A program made the translations under genes and the position numbers. The notes under the pieces were generated by a model, which worked only from the letters and a program-made list of their open reading frames with translations, was not told where the DNA came from and searched no databases. A DNA stretch of 64,000 nt from an uncultured bacterium (GTDB taxonomy: Bacteria; Actinomycetota; Acidimicrobiia; Spongiisociales; UBA5794), in NCBI GenBank assembly GCA_963777645.1, contig CAVZRA010000004.1:288060-352059 (forward strand), given 5' to 3'. Positions 36,940 to 45,293 of the stretch are shown here, one piece after another; within the stretch, counting starts at the first letter, position 1, and each line of letters opens with the position of its first letter.

Positions 36940-38106
36940 TCACCTGCGCCCAAACCGCTGGAAGACAACACCGAGACCGGCAACGACCACAACGATGAGG
37001 CCAAGGCTCACACCACCCCACAGCATTGACGTCTTGACCGTGGTCCTGAGGTCGAGGCTCGCCTGGACCTCAGGTGTCGACGACTGAATGGTGACTATGT
37101 AGTCGCCGGTGACGGCGTCCTGCGCCGGGGTGATGATGGCATTGACCTGCGCCGAGTTGCCGGGGGCGACAGCGGCAACACCGGCGGGATCAAATGTGAC
37201 GTCCCACCCCGACGGGGCGGTGGCGGTGAGTTGTACATTTTCGAGCGGCGCCGTTCCGCTGTTCACCAGCACGAGTGGTACCACGGTGTCGGTTCCGGCA
37301 ACGACGTCTGCATTGAGCCGCTGGTCCGGGGTGGAGAGGACTGCCGAATAGCTGCCGGTGATCTCAACGCTGAGATCGGCACTGACGGTGGTGGTTGAGC
37401 TGACCGCATTGACCGTAATCGGATACTCGCCAGCGGGTGCGTCGGTGCGGGGAGTGACGTCGACCTTCATCTGGCCTGATTGGCCCGCCGCAACAGTGAG
37501 GGTTGCCGCCTGTGACTCACCGGTTGGCTTGACGTCGATGGTCCATCCCGCCGGCCCGTCTGCGCTGAGCGAGAACTCCGCATCCTTTGGTGTCTGGTTG
37601 TCCAACGTGAGGTCAAACGAGAACTTGGCGTCCGAGGCACCACGCAGCGCCGGGAAGTCGGTGCCCAGGGTCATGCTGCCACCAACGGCCTCGGCGACAC
37701 GGAGATCGAGGTTCAACGTTGACCTCCCGGCCGAAGAGTCGGCTACAGCCGTGATCTTGTAGTCGCCCGCCGTCGCATCATCAGGCACCTTGGCCTCGAG
37801 GTTGAGATGTGGCGAATTGGCCGAGTTGGCGATGACTTCGTCGACGACAAATCCACCGCCGCTGATGCTGACCGGCCATCCGTCCGGCGCCTCGGTGATC
37901 GAGAAGGAGATTCGATCGCCCTCGGGGGCGGTGACGGTGAGAGGAAAAGACGCCGTCTCACCCGGCTCAACGGCGACACCGGCATAAGGCGTGGACAGGG
38001 TGACGCCGGTAGTGGCTTCCTGAGCGCCTGCCGGCATTACCGGGAGTGCGAGCATGGCCGCTACCCCGAGGGCGAACAACGCGGCACGATTCAACAACTT
38101 GAACAC
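36940..38106 (-). CDS. Secreted NEW3/CARDB-like repeat protein with C-terminal TM anchor
   Basis: Signal peptide from the GTG at 38106 (SD GAGGAGGA). It has repeated ...DA.AG(D/E)Y.ITV... units (ATAGDYKITAV, APAGEYPITVN, AVTGDYIVTIQ) and a C-terminal TM. It is the first gene of the ABC operon. Confidence 0.6.
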   Translation of the reverse strand: MFKLLNRAALFALGVAAMLALPVMPAGAQEATTGVTLSTPYAGVAVEPGETASFPLTVTAPEGDRISFSITEAPDGWPVSISGGGFVVDEVIANSANSPHLNLEAKVPDDATAGDYKITAVADSSAGRSTLNLDLRVAEAVGGSMTLGTDFPALRGASDAKFSFDLTLDNQTPKDAEFSLSADGPAGWTIDVKPTGESQAATLTVAAGQSGQMKVDVTPRTDAPAGEYPITVNAVSSTTTVSADLSVEITGSYSAVLSTPDQRLNADVVAGTDTVVPLVLVNSGTAPLENVQLTATAPSGWDVTFDPAGVAAVAPGNSAQVNAIITPAQDAVTGDYIVTIQSSTPEVQASLDLRTTVKTSMLWGGVSLGLIVVVVAGLGVVFQRFGRR

Positions 38107-38201
38107 TTGGTCCTCCTCGGCGGCGCACCCGGGTGGGTGCACGCTGGTTGGGTTCTCGGTAGATACCTCTACCCAACCGGGCATAAAGCCGGTGTAAAGG
38201 C

Positions 38202-38397
38202 GTGGCCCGATGCGTTGGATCGGGTCACGTTGGAGTTGTGGGAAGCACAACTCCCGCTGACGGTCTGGCATCATTGCCTTCGGGATCGTGGCCCGATGCG
38301 TTGGATCGGGTCACGTTGGAGTTGTGGGAAGCACAACTCCCGCTGACGGTCTGGCATCATTGCCTTCGGGATCGTGGCCCGATGCGTTGGATCGGAC
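38202..38397. repeat. 86-bp tandem direct repeat, about 2.3 identical copies
   Basis: Units at 38202-38287 and 38288-38373 are identical by eye; a third partial copy of 22 nt starts at 38374. Each unit holds two hairpins: CCCGAT-n7-ATCGGG and GAGTTGTG-ggaag-CACAACTC. Confidence 0.9.
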
Positions 38398-38458
38398 CAC
38401 GGCTCAACTAGTTCTCTGTACCATCCGATAACCTGGACGAAGGCTCTGAGGAAATCAA

Positions 38459-39182
38459 TGGATCGATATCGCATACCAACCGTCAGCCTCGCTGAGGCAT
38501 ATCACGTTGCTCAGCGCTGGCTGACCTTTTTGGGCGCGGTACCAGAGCAGATCACAGAGCCCGCAGACGGGATCATCGAATTGCGTAGCCCCGGTTTGGT
38601 GACCCGGATCAAGTTTGATCGCACCGCGGTGACCCCTCGGCGATCCTGGCAATGTTGAAAGCCACCGAGGGTGAACCGGTGCGGCGGCTGCTCTTCTCGG
38701 TCACCGGATTCACTGAGGGCGCCATGTCGCTTGGCGAGGGTCGCGGGTTCGGGTTGTTCGACATTGATGCCATCGGCGATGTCCACCCGCACACCACATA
38801 TGCCAGGAGCCTCGTACCGAGCGAGCCGCTCGAGCCGGCGTTTCTGCACTCGCCGACACCGGAGGAGGAAAAGAAGGCGGTAGCGGTCAATCCGTTCGGG
38901 CCTGTCGAGGAGAACGCCAAGGAGTGGATTGATTGCCCTCGATGTGGAGTCACTCAGCACCATTCAGTCGAGGTGTGCGTCTCTTGCGGCGCCGATGTCT
39001 CGGCAAGAGGCAGGGTGGCTTCGGGACAAGCGAATGCCGCAGGCGGGGCTCCCGCCCGGCAGAGCCCTCTGCTCACACAATCCCCCGCGCCTGCTACGGT
39101 GCCACGCGCTCCTGCCGGGGGGCCACAGCTGCGTTGCCGCACCTGCGGCAGCTACGACATCGAGATTCATCACGGGCGCTGA
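38459..39182 (+). pseudogene. Mrr-like restriction endonuclease-fold protein with C-terminal zinc-ribbon motifs, apparent 1-nt frameshift near 38630
   Basis: ORF 38374-38658 (from MDRYRIPTV at 38459) and ORF 38652-39182 are in different frames. Restoring one G (GTG GAC) gives ...IKFDRTAVDPSAILAMLKATEGEPVRRLLFSVTGFTEGA. CPRCG...CVSCG and CRTCGS motifs lie downstream. Confidence 0.5.
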
Positions 39183-39972
39183 CGGCTGGACGTTTGGTTG
39201 GGACCCGGAGGTCTACTCCCGTTTTGATGGACTTCGCTCGAGACCCGCGCTCGATCTGCTCGGGCAGATTCACCATGAGAGCCCGCGCCTGATCTACGAC
39301 GTGGGAACCGGCCGGGGGCACATGGCCATGCTGTTGGCGGACCACTGGCCCGACGCTGAAGTGATCGGCACAGACACGTCGACAACGATGCTTGACGATG
39401 CCCACGCCAACCCGGGACGGGTGCGCTGGGTTGAGGGGGACGTCCGCATGTGGGATCCACCCGACCCACCCGACATCATCTACTCGAACGCGGTGCTGCA
39501 CTGGGTGCCCGACCACGACGAACTGCTGTTGCGGTTGCTTCGTTCGCTGCGACCCGGGGGCATACTGGCTGTGCAGATGCCACTGAGCTGGCATGAACCG
39601 TCACACCGTCTCATGCGGACGGTGCTGGCAGAGGGCGGTGGCCGGGGGCCTATCGGGCAGGATGAGCTAAGAGAGCGGATCGGCAGGCAACCGGTGGCTT
39701 CGCCAGGGCATTATCACCAGCTCCTCAGCGGCGATGCTACGCGGCTCAACGTGTGGCAAACGACCTACTACCAGCAGCTTCAGGGCGAGGACGCGGTCCT
39801 GGAGTGGGTGAAGGGCTCGGCACTGCGTCCAATTACCGAAGGTTTGGATGGCGGCGACGTCGCACGATTCCTGGACCTCTACACATCCACGCTCGCCGAC
39901 GCATACCCTCCGGGACCGGATGGATCGACGCTATATCCCTTTCCCAGGGTGTTCTTTGTTGCCACCAGGTGA
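39181..39972 (+). CDS. tam: Trans-aconitate 2-methyltransferase-like SAM-dependent methyltransferase; 5' end unresolved
   Basis: WDPEVYSRFDGLRSRPALDLL, DVGTGRGHMAMLL and NAVLHWVPDH...LAVQMP resemble Tam. No ATG, GTG or TTG is in frame near the expected N-terminus. Confidence 0.65.
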   Translation, partial: DGWTFGWDPEVYSRFDGLRSRPALDLLGQIHHESPRLIYDVGTGRGHMAMLLADHWPDAEVIGTDTSTTMLDDAHANPGRVRWVEGDVRMWDPPDPPDIIYSNAVLHWVPDHDELLLRLLRSLRPGGILAVQMPLSWHEPSHRLMRTVLAEGGGRGPIGQDELRERIGRQPVASPGHYHQLLSGDATRLNVWQTTYYQQLQGEDAVLEWVKGSALRPITEGLDGGDVARFLDLYTSTLADAYPPGPDGSTLYPFPRVFFVATR

Positions 39973-39978
39973 CCTGCT

Positions 39979-40000
39979 CGACCCCTGCAAAAGGGGGTCG
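39979..40000 (+). terminator. Hairpin after the tam-like gene
   Basis: CGACCCC-tgcaaaag-GGGGTCG, followed by GGTCTTGT. Confidence 0.4.
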
Positions 40001-40055
40001 GGTCTTGTAGCTTTGAGGTAGCGATGGTCGATACCGGTTCGCGCCGGTAGAAGGA

Positions 40056-41703
40056 GTGGCAATGGCTCTTGCTCACGAAGCAGGCCCGACACATGTTCCG
40101 TTGATTCATCAGACCATCGGGGACAACCTGCTTGCGGTTGCGACCCGCTACCCGGACGAGGAAGCACTGGTAGTTCCGTACCAGGGAGTCAGGCTGACAT
40201 ATGCCGAGTTCGTTGCCGAGGTCGATCGAGTTGCTCGCGGCTTGCTCGCACTCGGGCTGGACAAAGGTGATCGCATCGGGATATGGAGCCCCAACAACCG
40301 CGGAGTGGGTCCTCGTCCAATACGCAACGGCTCGTATCGGAGCGATCCTGGTCAACATCAACCCTGCCTACCGGACCAGCGAGCTGGAGTACGCCCTGAA
40401 TCAATCCGGGTGTCGTTTCCTGATCTCGGCGCCCGAGTTCCTGACCAGCGACTATCGCAAGATGGTTGCCGAGGTGGCTCCTGCGGTGCATTCCCTGGAG
40501 CGGACCATCTTCCTCGATTCGGATGACTGGGAACAGCTGCTCGCAGGCGCCGCGACCGTCGCCGCAGCGCGGCTCGAAGAGGTGGCGGCGAATCTGGATC
40601 CCGACGATGCGATCAACATCCAATACACTTCGGGCACGACCGGGTTCCCCAAGGGCGCAACGCTGAGCCACGTCAACATACTCAACAACGGCTTCTTCAC
40701 CGGGGAAATGTGCCGCTACACCAGTGCCGACAGGGTTTGCATCCCTGTTCCCTTCTATCACTGTTTCGGCATGGTGCTCGGCAATCTAGCCTGCACCAGC
40801 CACGGGGCAACCATTGTCGTCCCCGGCCCCAGATTCCAGGCAGACGCCGTGCTCCAGACCGTCAGCGATGAACGCTGCACCTCCCTGTACGGTGTGCCGA
40901 CGATGTTCATTGCCGTGCTGGGACATCCCGACATCGCCGACTACGACCTCTCAACGCTACGCACCGGGATCATGGCGGGTTCGCCGTGCCCGGTTGAGGT
41001 GATGAAGCGGGTGATCTCCAACCTCAACATGTCCGAGGTCACGATTGCATATGGCATGACCGAGACGTCGCCCGTGTCGACACAGACCGCACCGGATGAT
41101 GATCTCGAGCGCCGGGTCACGACGGTCGGACGCATCCACCCCAACGTCGAGGTGAAGATTGTCGATCCGGAGAGCGGTATCACCGTCGAGCGTGGCGAAT
41201 CGGGAGAGCTGTGTACGCGGGGGTATTCGGTGATGATTGGTTATTGGAACGATGCGGAGCGGACCGCTGAGGCCGTCGATGAGGAAGGGTGGATGCACAC
41301 CGGCGACCTGGCAACCATGGATAGCGGCGGTTACGTCAACATCGTGGGGCGGATCAAGGACATGATCATCCGTGGTGGCGAGAATGTCTATCCGCGCGAG
41401 ATCGAAGAGTTCCTATACACCCATCCCGACGTCATCGACGCCCAGGTCATCGGGATTCCGGACATCAAGTTCGGGGAAGAGATAATGGCGTGGGTCCAGC
41501 TGCGTGAGGGCTCGACCCTCACCGAGGATGAGCTCACGGAGCACTGCAGGGGCAAGATCGCCCATTTCAAGATCCCTCGCTACATCCGGTTCGTTCCTGA
41601 ATTCCCGATGACGGTTACCGGCAAGGTTCAGAAGTTCAAGATGCGCGAGATGGCAATCAGCGACCTCGGGCTTCAGGACGCCGCCGCGATCGAGAGCGCC
41701 TGA
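40056..41703 (+). pseudogene. AMP-binding acyl-CoA synthetase (FadD-like) with an apparent 1-nt insertion at about 40299
   Basis: ORF 40056-40526 ends out of frame after ...[10 protein letters not shown], and ORF 40201-41703 continues ...[25 protein letters not shown]. Removing one C restores SPNNAEWV. An AMP motif [11 protein letters not shown] is present. Confidence 0.8.
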
Positions 41704-41806
41704 CCTTGACCGGAATCGGCCTTCGGTCGGGTTCGAGATCGAGCGAAACCGTGGCCCAGATCTGTTTACCAAACTCGGCGGGCCGGGTGACCTGTAGGGC
41801 CGAGCC

Positions 41807-42484
41807 TCAGAGATTGACCCGGTCGTCCGGGTCTTCGTCGTAGTAGTCGAGGCGGTCGATCGGTGCCACCAACGACGTGAGTAGGTTCATCACGTGCGCT
41901 GTGATCCGCTTGAGGAAGCGGAAGTAGAGAGTCCTGGCAACCGCATCCGATGCGGGCCCATCCGAGTGGAACGCTGCCTTGACGTTGTCGTCGAAGGCCG
42001 TGAAGTACTCGTCGGCCTTTGCGATCAGCTCGCGCGCCGCGTCGGCGTTATGCGTCTCGAAGACCTCGATGGCGTCGCCTATGAGGTCGCCGATGCAGTC
42101 CCGATACCTGGCCAGGTACTCGTAGTCTGCTGCTGCTGAGAAGTCCGCACCGAACTTGGCGAGGTCGTATAGGTTCTTCGCATAGTCGCCAACTCGCTCA
42201 ACGTCTTTGACCACGCTCATGTAGGCCAGCGTTTCCGCGAGGTCGAGGTTCGGGCTGACCGATGCGTGCATCATCAGGTCGCGGCGCACTTTCTGCTGGG
42301 CGAGGTTGATCTCTCGATCGGTCTTCTTCAGCCCTTTCTTGGTTGATTTCGACTTGCCGCCTCCAAAGACGGCATCCATTGCGTCCTCGTAGTTCCGGAG
42401 TGCGTTCTGCATCATTTCGACGAGTGTCTTCTCGACCTCGTCGATCGTCGACCGTCCGCCTCCTCTGAAGAAATCGAAGACCAT
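41807..42484 (-). CDS. PhoU/DUF47-like regulatory protein
   Basis: 225 aa from the ATG at 42484 (SD GGGGAGG). All-helical, with VERVGDYAKN and ITAHVMN motifs. It lies downstream of the Na/Pi transporter gene. The annotated 416-aa ORF is an over-extension. Confidence 0.65.
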   Translation of the reverse strand: MVFDFFRGGGRSTIDEVEKTLVEMMQNALRNYEDAMDAVFGGGKSKSTKKGLKKTDREINLAQQKVRRDLMMHASVSPNLDLAETLAYMSVVKDVERVGDYAKNLYDLAKFGADFSAAADYEYLARYRDCIGDLIGDAIEVFETHNADAARELIAKADEYFTAFDDNVKAAFHSDGPASDAVARTLYFRFLKRITAHVMNLLTSLVAPIDRLDYYDEDPDDRVNL

Positions 42485-42495
42485 GTGGACCTCCC

Positions 42496-43638
42496 CTATC
42501 TGAGAATCAAGATACCAACGAGAGGTATCACGATGAACACGGCAATGGTGTAGCCGAGAGCTATTGACTTTCGCCGCTGCGCGGTGTCGGCAAGCTTCTC
42601 GGCGATAACGACCGGCAGGTACCGGATCGGCTTCCAGGGATAGATGAGCAGGATTCCCAAGAGATTGAACACGGTGTGCGTGACTGCGATGGTCAACCCA
42701 TCGATCTCGCCTGTGCCGAGTGCCGCCAGCAAGGCTGTCACGGTGGTGCCCATGTTGGCACCAAGGGTTATCGGATACGCGTTCCGTACGAGCAGTATGC
42801 CTGAGGCGACCAGCGGGATCAGGATCGATGTCGTGATGCTCGACGATTGCACGGCGACGGTCACCAGCATGCCGACGATGATGCCAACCATGCCGCTCTT
42901 GGATAGGGCGGCGTTGAGGGACCTCTCGATGCGGGCCGCAACCAGCACACGCATGTTCTTGGTGATGAAGGCGAGAGTGATGAAGATCAGTGCGATTCCG
43001 ACGACGATGATCATCACTGACGCAACCTTCTCGTTGCCGATCCAGCTGAGGAGCCACTCGACCTGTTTCCCGCCCCAGGTCACGGCACCCTTGATCGGGC
43101 TATCAAAACTGCCGCCGACGCCACCGCCTGCGATTGCCTTGGTGATCGCACGAGCGAGCCCGGAGACGGCGTGTGTCGTCACTTCGACAGGAAGCAGCAC
43201 GGTGACGGCGATGATGTTGAAGAAGTCGTGCATCGTTGCTGCGGTGAATGCCCGCCTGAATTCCTCGGATCGACGCATGTGAGCGAGTGCGACGATCGTG
43301 TTGGTGACCGTGGTGCCAATGTTGGCACCCATGATCATCGGGACAGCGTGCTCAACTGAGATGAGCCCGGTGCCAACCAGCCCGACGATGGTCGACGTGG
43401 TCACCGATGAGGATTGGACGAGGACGGTCGCCAGGATTCCGACGAAGAGGCTCGCCAGCGGGTTCGATACACCACGGAACAGCTCGTCGGTGAAACTCGA
43501 GCCGAGGCCCTCGATACCGTTCTCGAGTAGCTTCACGCCAACGAGGAATAGGTAGAGGAGCCCAACTACGAGCGTGACCCGGACCCAGCCGGGCAACTCA
43601 CGACTGCGTGCGCTGACAGCCGGTGCCTGAGACCCCAC
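42496..43638 (-). CDS. Na/Pi cotransporter family protein
   Basis: Duplicated motifs TVLVQSSSVTTSTIVGLV and VTVAVQSSSITTSILIPLV, plus GANIGTT and GANMGTT. Confidence 0.8.
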   Translation of the reverse strand: MGSQAPAVSARSRELPGWVRVTLVVGLLYLFLVGVKLLENGIEGLGSSFTDELFRGVSNPLASLFVGILATVLVQSSSVTTSTIVGLVGTGLISVEHAVPMIMGANIGTTVTNTIVALAHMRRSEEFRRAFTAATMHDFFNIIAVTVLLPVEVTTHAVSGLARAITKAIAGGGVGGSFDSPIKGAVTWGGKQVEWLLSWIGNEKVASVMIIVVGIALIFITLAFITKNMRVLVAARIERSLNAALSKSGMVGIIVGMLVTVAVQSSSITTSILIPLVASGILLVRNAYPITLGANMGTTVTALLAALGTGEIDGLTIAVTHTVFNLLGILLIYPWKPIRYLPVVIAEKLADTAQRRKSIALGYTIAVFIVIPLVGILILR

Positions 43639-43772
43639 TACTGCTCCTCCAGTAGCCGGCCGGTGCTAGTCGAACGGCCGCTGCGGGGATACTGGTTGGA
43701 CGACGTGCTCGATGCAAGTCGACCCGGGAGCCTTTGTGGCAGACTCTGCGCTAGCCAGCCCCGAGGAGCCCC

Positions 43773-45149
43773 ATGCCGCACCGCACCATCATCGAGCCGT
43801 TCCGCATCAAGAGCATCCAGGCCATCGACCTGCCTTCGGCACAGCAGCGGGAAAGGGCGCTGCAAAGAGCGGGGTACAACCTGTTCGGGCTACACGCCGA
43901 CGAAGTGATCATCGACCTTCTAACCGACAGCGGCACCGGCGCCATGTCGGCACAACAGTGGGCCGGGATGATGCTCGGCGACGAGTCCTATGCGGGTGGC
44001 CGATCGTTCTACAAGTTCGAGAAGGCGGTCAAGGACATCACCGGGTTCGAGAATGTCATCCCCACTCACCAGGGGCGGGCCGCGGAGCGGATCCTGTTCT
44101 CGGTTGCTGTGAAGGAGGGAGATGTAGTCCCCTCCAACACACACTTCGACACGACAAGAGCGAACGTCGAGTACCAGGGGGCGGAGGCTCGGGATCTGGT
44201 CGTCGCCGAGGGCAGGGACCCGTCGTTGGTGCTCCCGTTCAAGGGAAACGTCGACATCGATGCACTGCAAGCAACCATCGCCGAGGTCGGGGCCGACCGG
44301 GTCCCCATGGTGATGGTCACCGTGACCAACAACTCGGGTGGTGGACAGCCGGTGTCCTTGGCCAACCTGCGCGAGGTTCGGCATGTCTGTGACGAACACG
44401 GGCTTCCCCTGATTCTGGATGCGTGCCGGTTCGCCGAGAACGCCTGGTTCATCAAACTGCGCGAGGACGGATACACCGACAAGACTCCTAGGGAGATAGC
44501 ACGGGAGATGTTCTCGCTCGCAGACGGTTGCACGATGTCGGCGAAGAAGGATGGGTTGGCCAACATCGGCGGCTTCCTGGCACTCAACGATGGTGACCTT
44601 GCAGCCGAGTGCCGCAATATGCTCATCCTCACCGAGGGGTTCCCTACCTACGGTGGTCTTGCCGGGTACGACCTCGAGGCGATCGCCGTCGGGCTCAACG
44701 AGGTTCTCGATGAGAACTACCTCCGCTACCGCATCCGATCCACCGAGTATCTGGCGGAGAAGGTGTTTGCAGCAGGGGTTCCCATCGTGCGACCGGCTGG
44801 AGGGCATGCGGTTTATCTCGATGCCAAGGCGCTGCTCCCACATGTGCCCCCGAACCAGTACCCGGCGCAGGCCCTTGCAGTCGAGTTGTACCGAAACGGC
44901 GGTGTGCGCGGTGTCGAGATCGGGTCGGTCATGTTCGGCAAACCACAGACAGATGGCACCGAGACGCCTGCCCCGATGGAGCTGGTGCGATTGGCGATTC
45001 CGCGTCGCACCTATACGCAGAGCCACATCGACTTCGTTGCCGAGGTGGTCATCGAGGTCGCCATGGGAGGCGGAGACATAGGCGGCTACCGCATCGTCGA
45101 ACAGGCTCCCTGGCTGCGCCACTTCACGGCGCGTTTCGAACCGATCTGA
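43773..45149 (+). CDS. tnaA: Tryptophanase (beta-eliminating lyase family)
   Basis: EPFRIKS, DLLTDSGTGAMS, SAKKDGLANIGG (PLP-Lys), EGFPTYGGLAG, LLPHVPPNQYPAQALAVELY and TYTQSHIDF. By recollection these sit closer to TnaA than to tyrosine phenol-lyase. Confidence 0.75.
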   Translation: MPHRTIIEPFRIKSIQAIDLPSAQQRERALQRAGYNLFGLHADEVIIDLLTDSGTGAMSAQQWAGMMLGDESYAGGRSFYKFEKAVKDITGFENVIPTHQGRAAERILFSVAVKEGDVVPSNTHFDTTRANVEYQGAEARDLVVAEGRDPSLVLPFKGNVDIDALQATIAEVGADRVPMVMVTVTNNSGGGQPVSLANLREVRHVCDEHGLPLILDACRFAENAWFIKLREDGYTDKTPREIAREMFSLADGCTMSAKKDGLANIGGFLALNDGDLAAECRNMLILTEGFPTYGGLAGYDLEAIAVGLNEVLDENYLRYRIRSTEYLAEKVFAAGVPIVRPAGGHAVYLDAKALLPHVPPNQYPAQALAVELYRNGGVRGVEIGSVMFGKPQTDGTETPAPMELVRLAIPRRTYTQSHIDFVAEVVIEVAMGGGDIGGYRIVEQAPWLRHFTARFEPI

Positions 45150-45213
45150 TCCCGCGTACCTTGGCGTTTGCTGTAGTGCCACCCAGCGGGAGCTTGGCTC
45201 CGCCAAACTCAAA

Positions 45214-45238
45214 CGTACCTTGGCGTAGCCAAGGTACG
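45214..45238 (+). terminator. Hairpin downstream of tnaA
   Basis: CGTACCTTGGC-gta-GCCAAGGTACG. The left-arm sequence also occurs as a direct repeat at 45155-45167. Confidence 0.4.
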
Positions 45239-45293
45239 CCTCAAGAACACCGTGAAATCAACCGATCTCCTGGTTTGACCCAGGAAGGTTCGG

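Noticed and set aside
38202-38397. Possible CRISPR array, because of the identical direct repeats.
   Set aside because: The repeats are directly abutting 86-bp units with no spacers, there are only about 2.3 copies, and no cas genes lie anywhere in the window.
33005-41703. UGA read-through (selenocysteine) as the explanation for the split kinase, nuclease and acyl-CoA ligase genes, given selAB in the window.
   Set aside because: In every case the downstream homologous segment is in a different reading frame from the upstream segment. Recoding a stop codon cannot join them; only a one-base frame change does.
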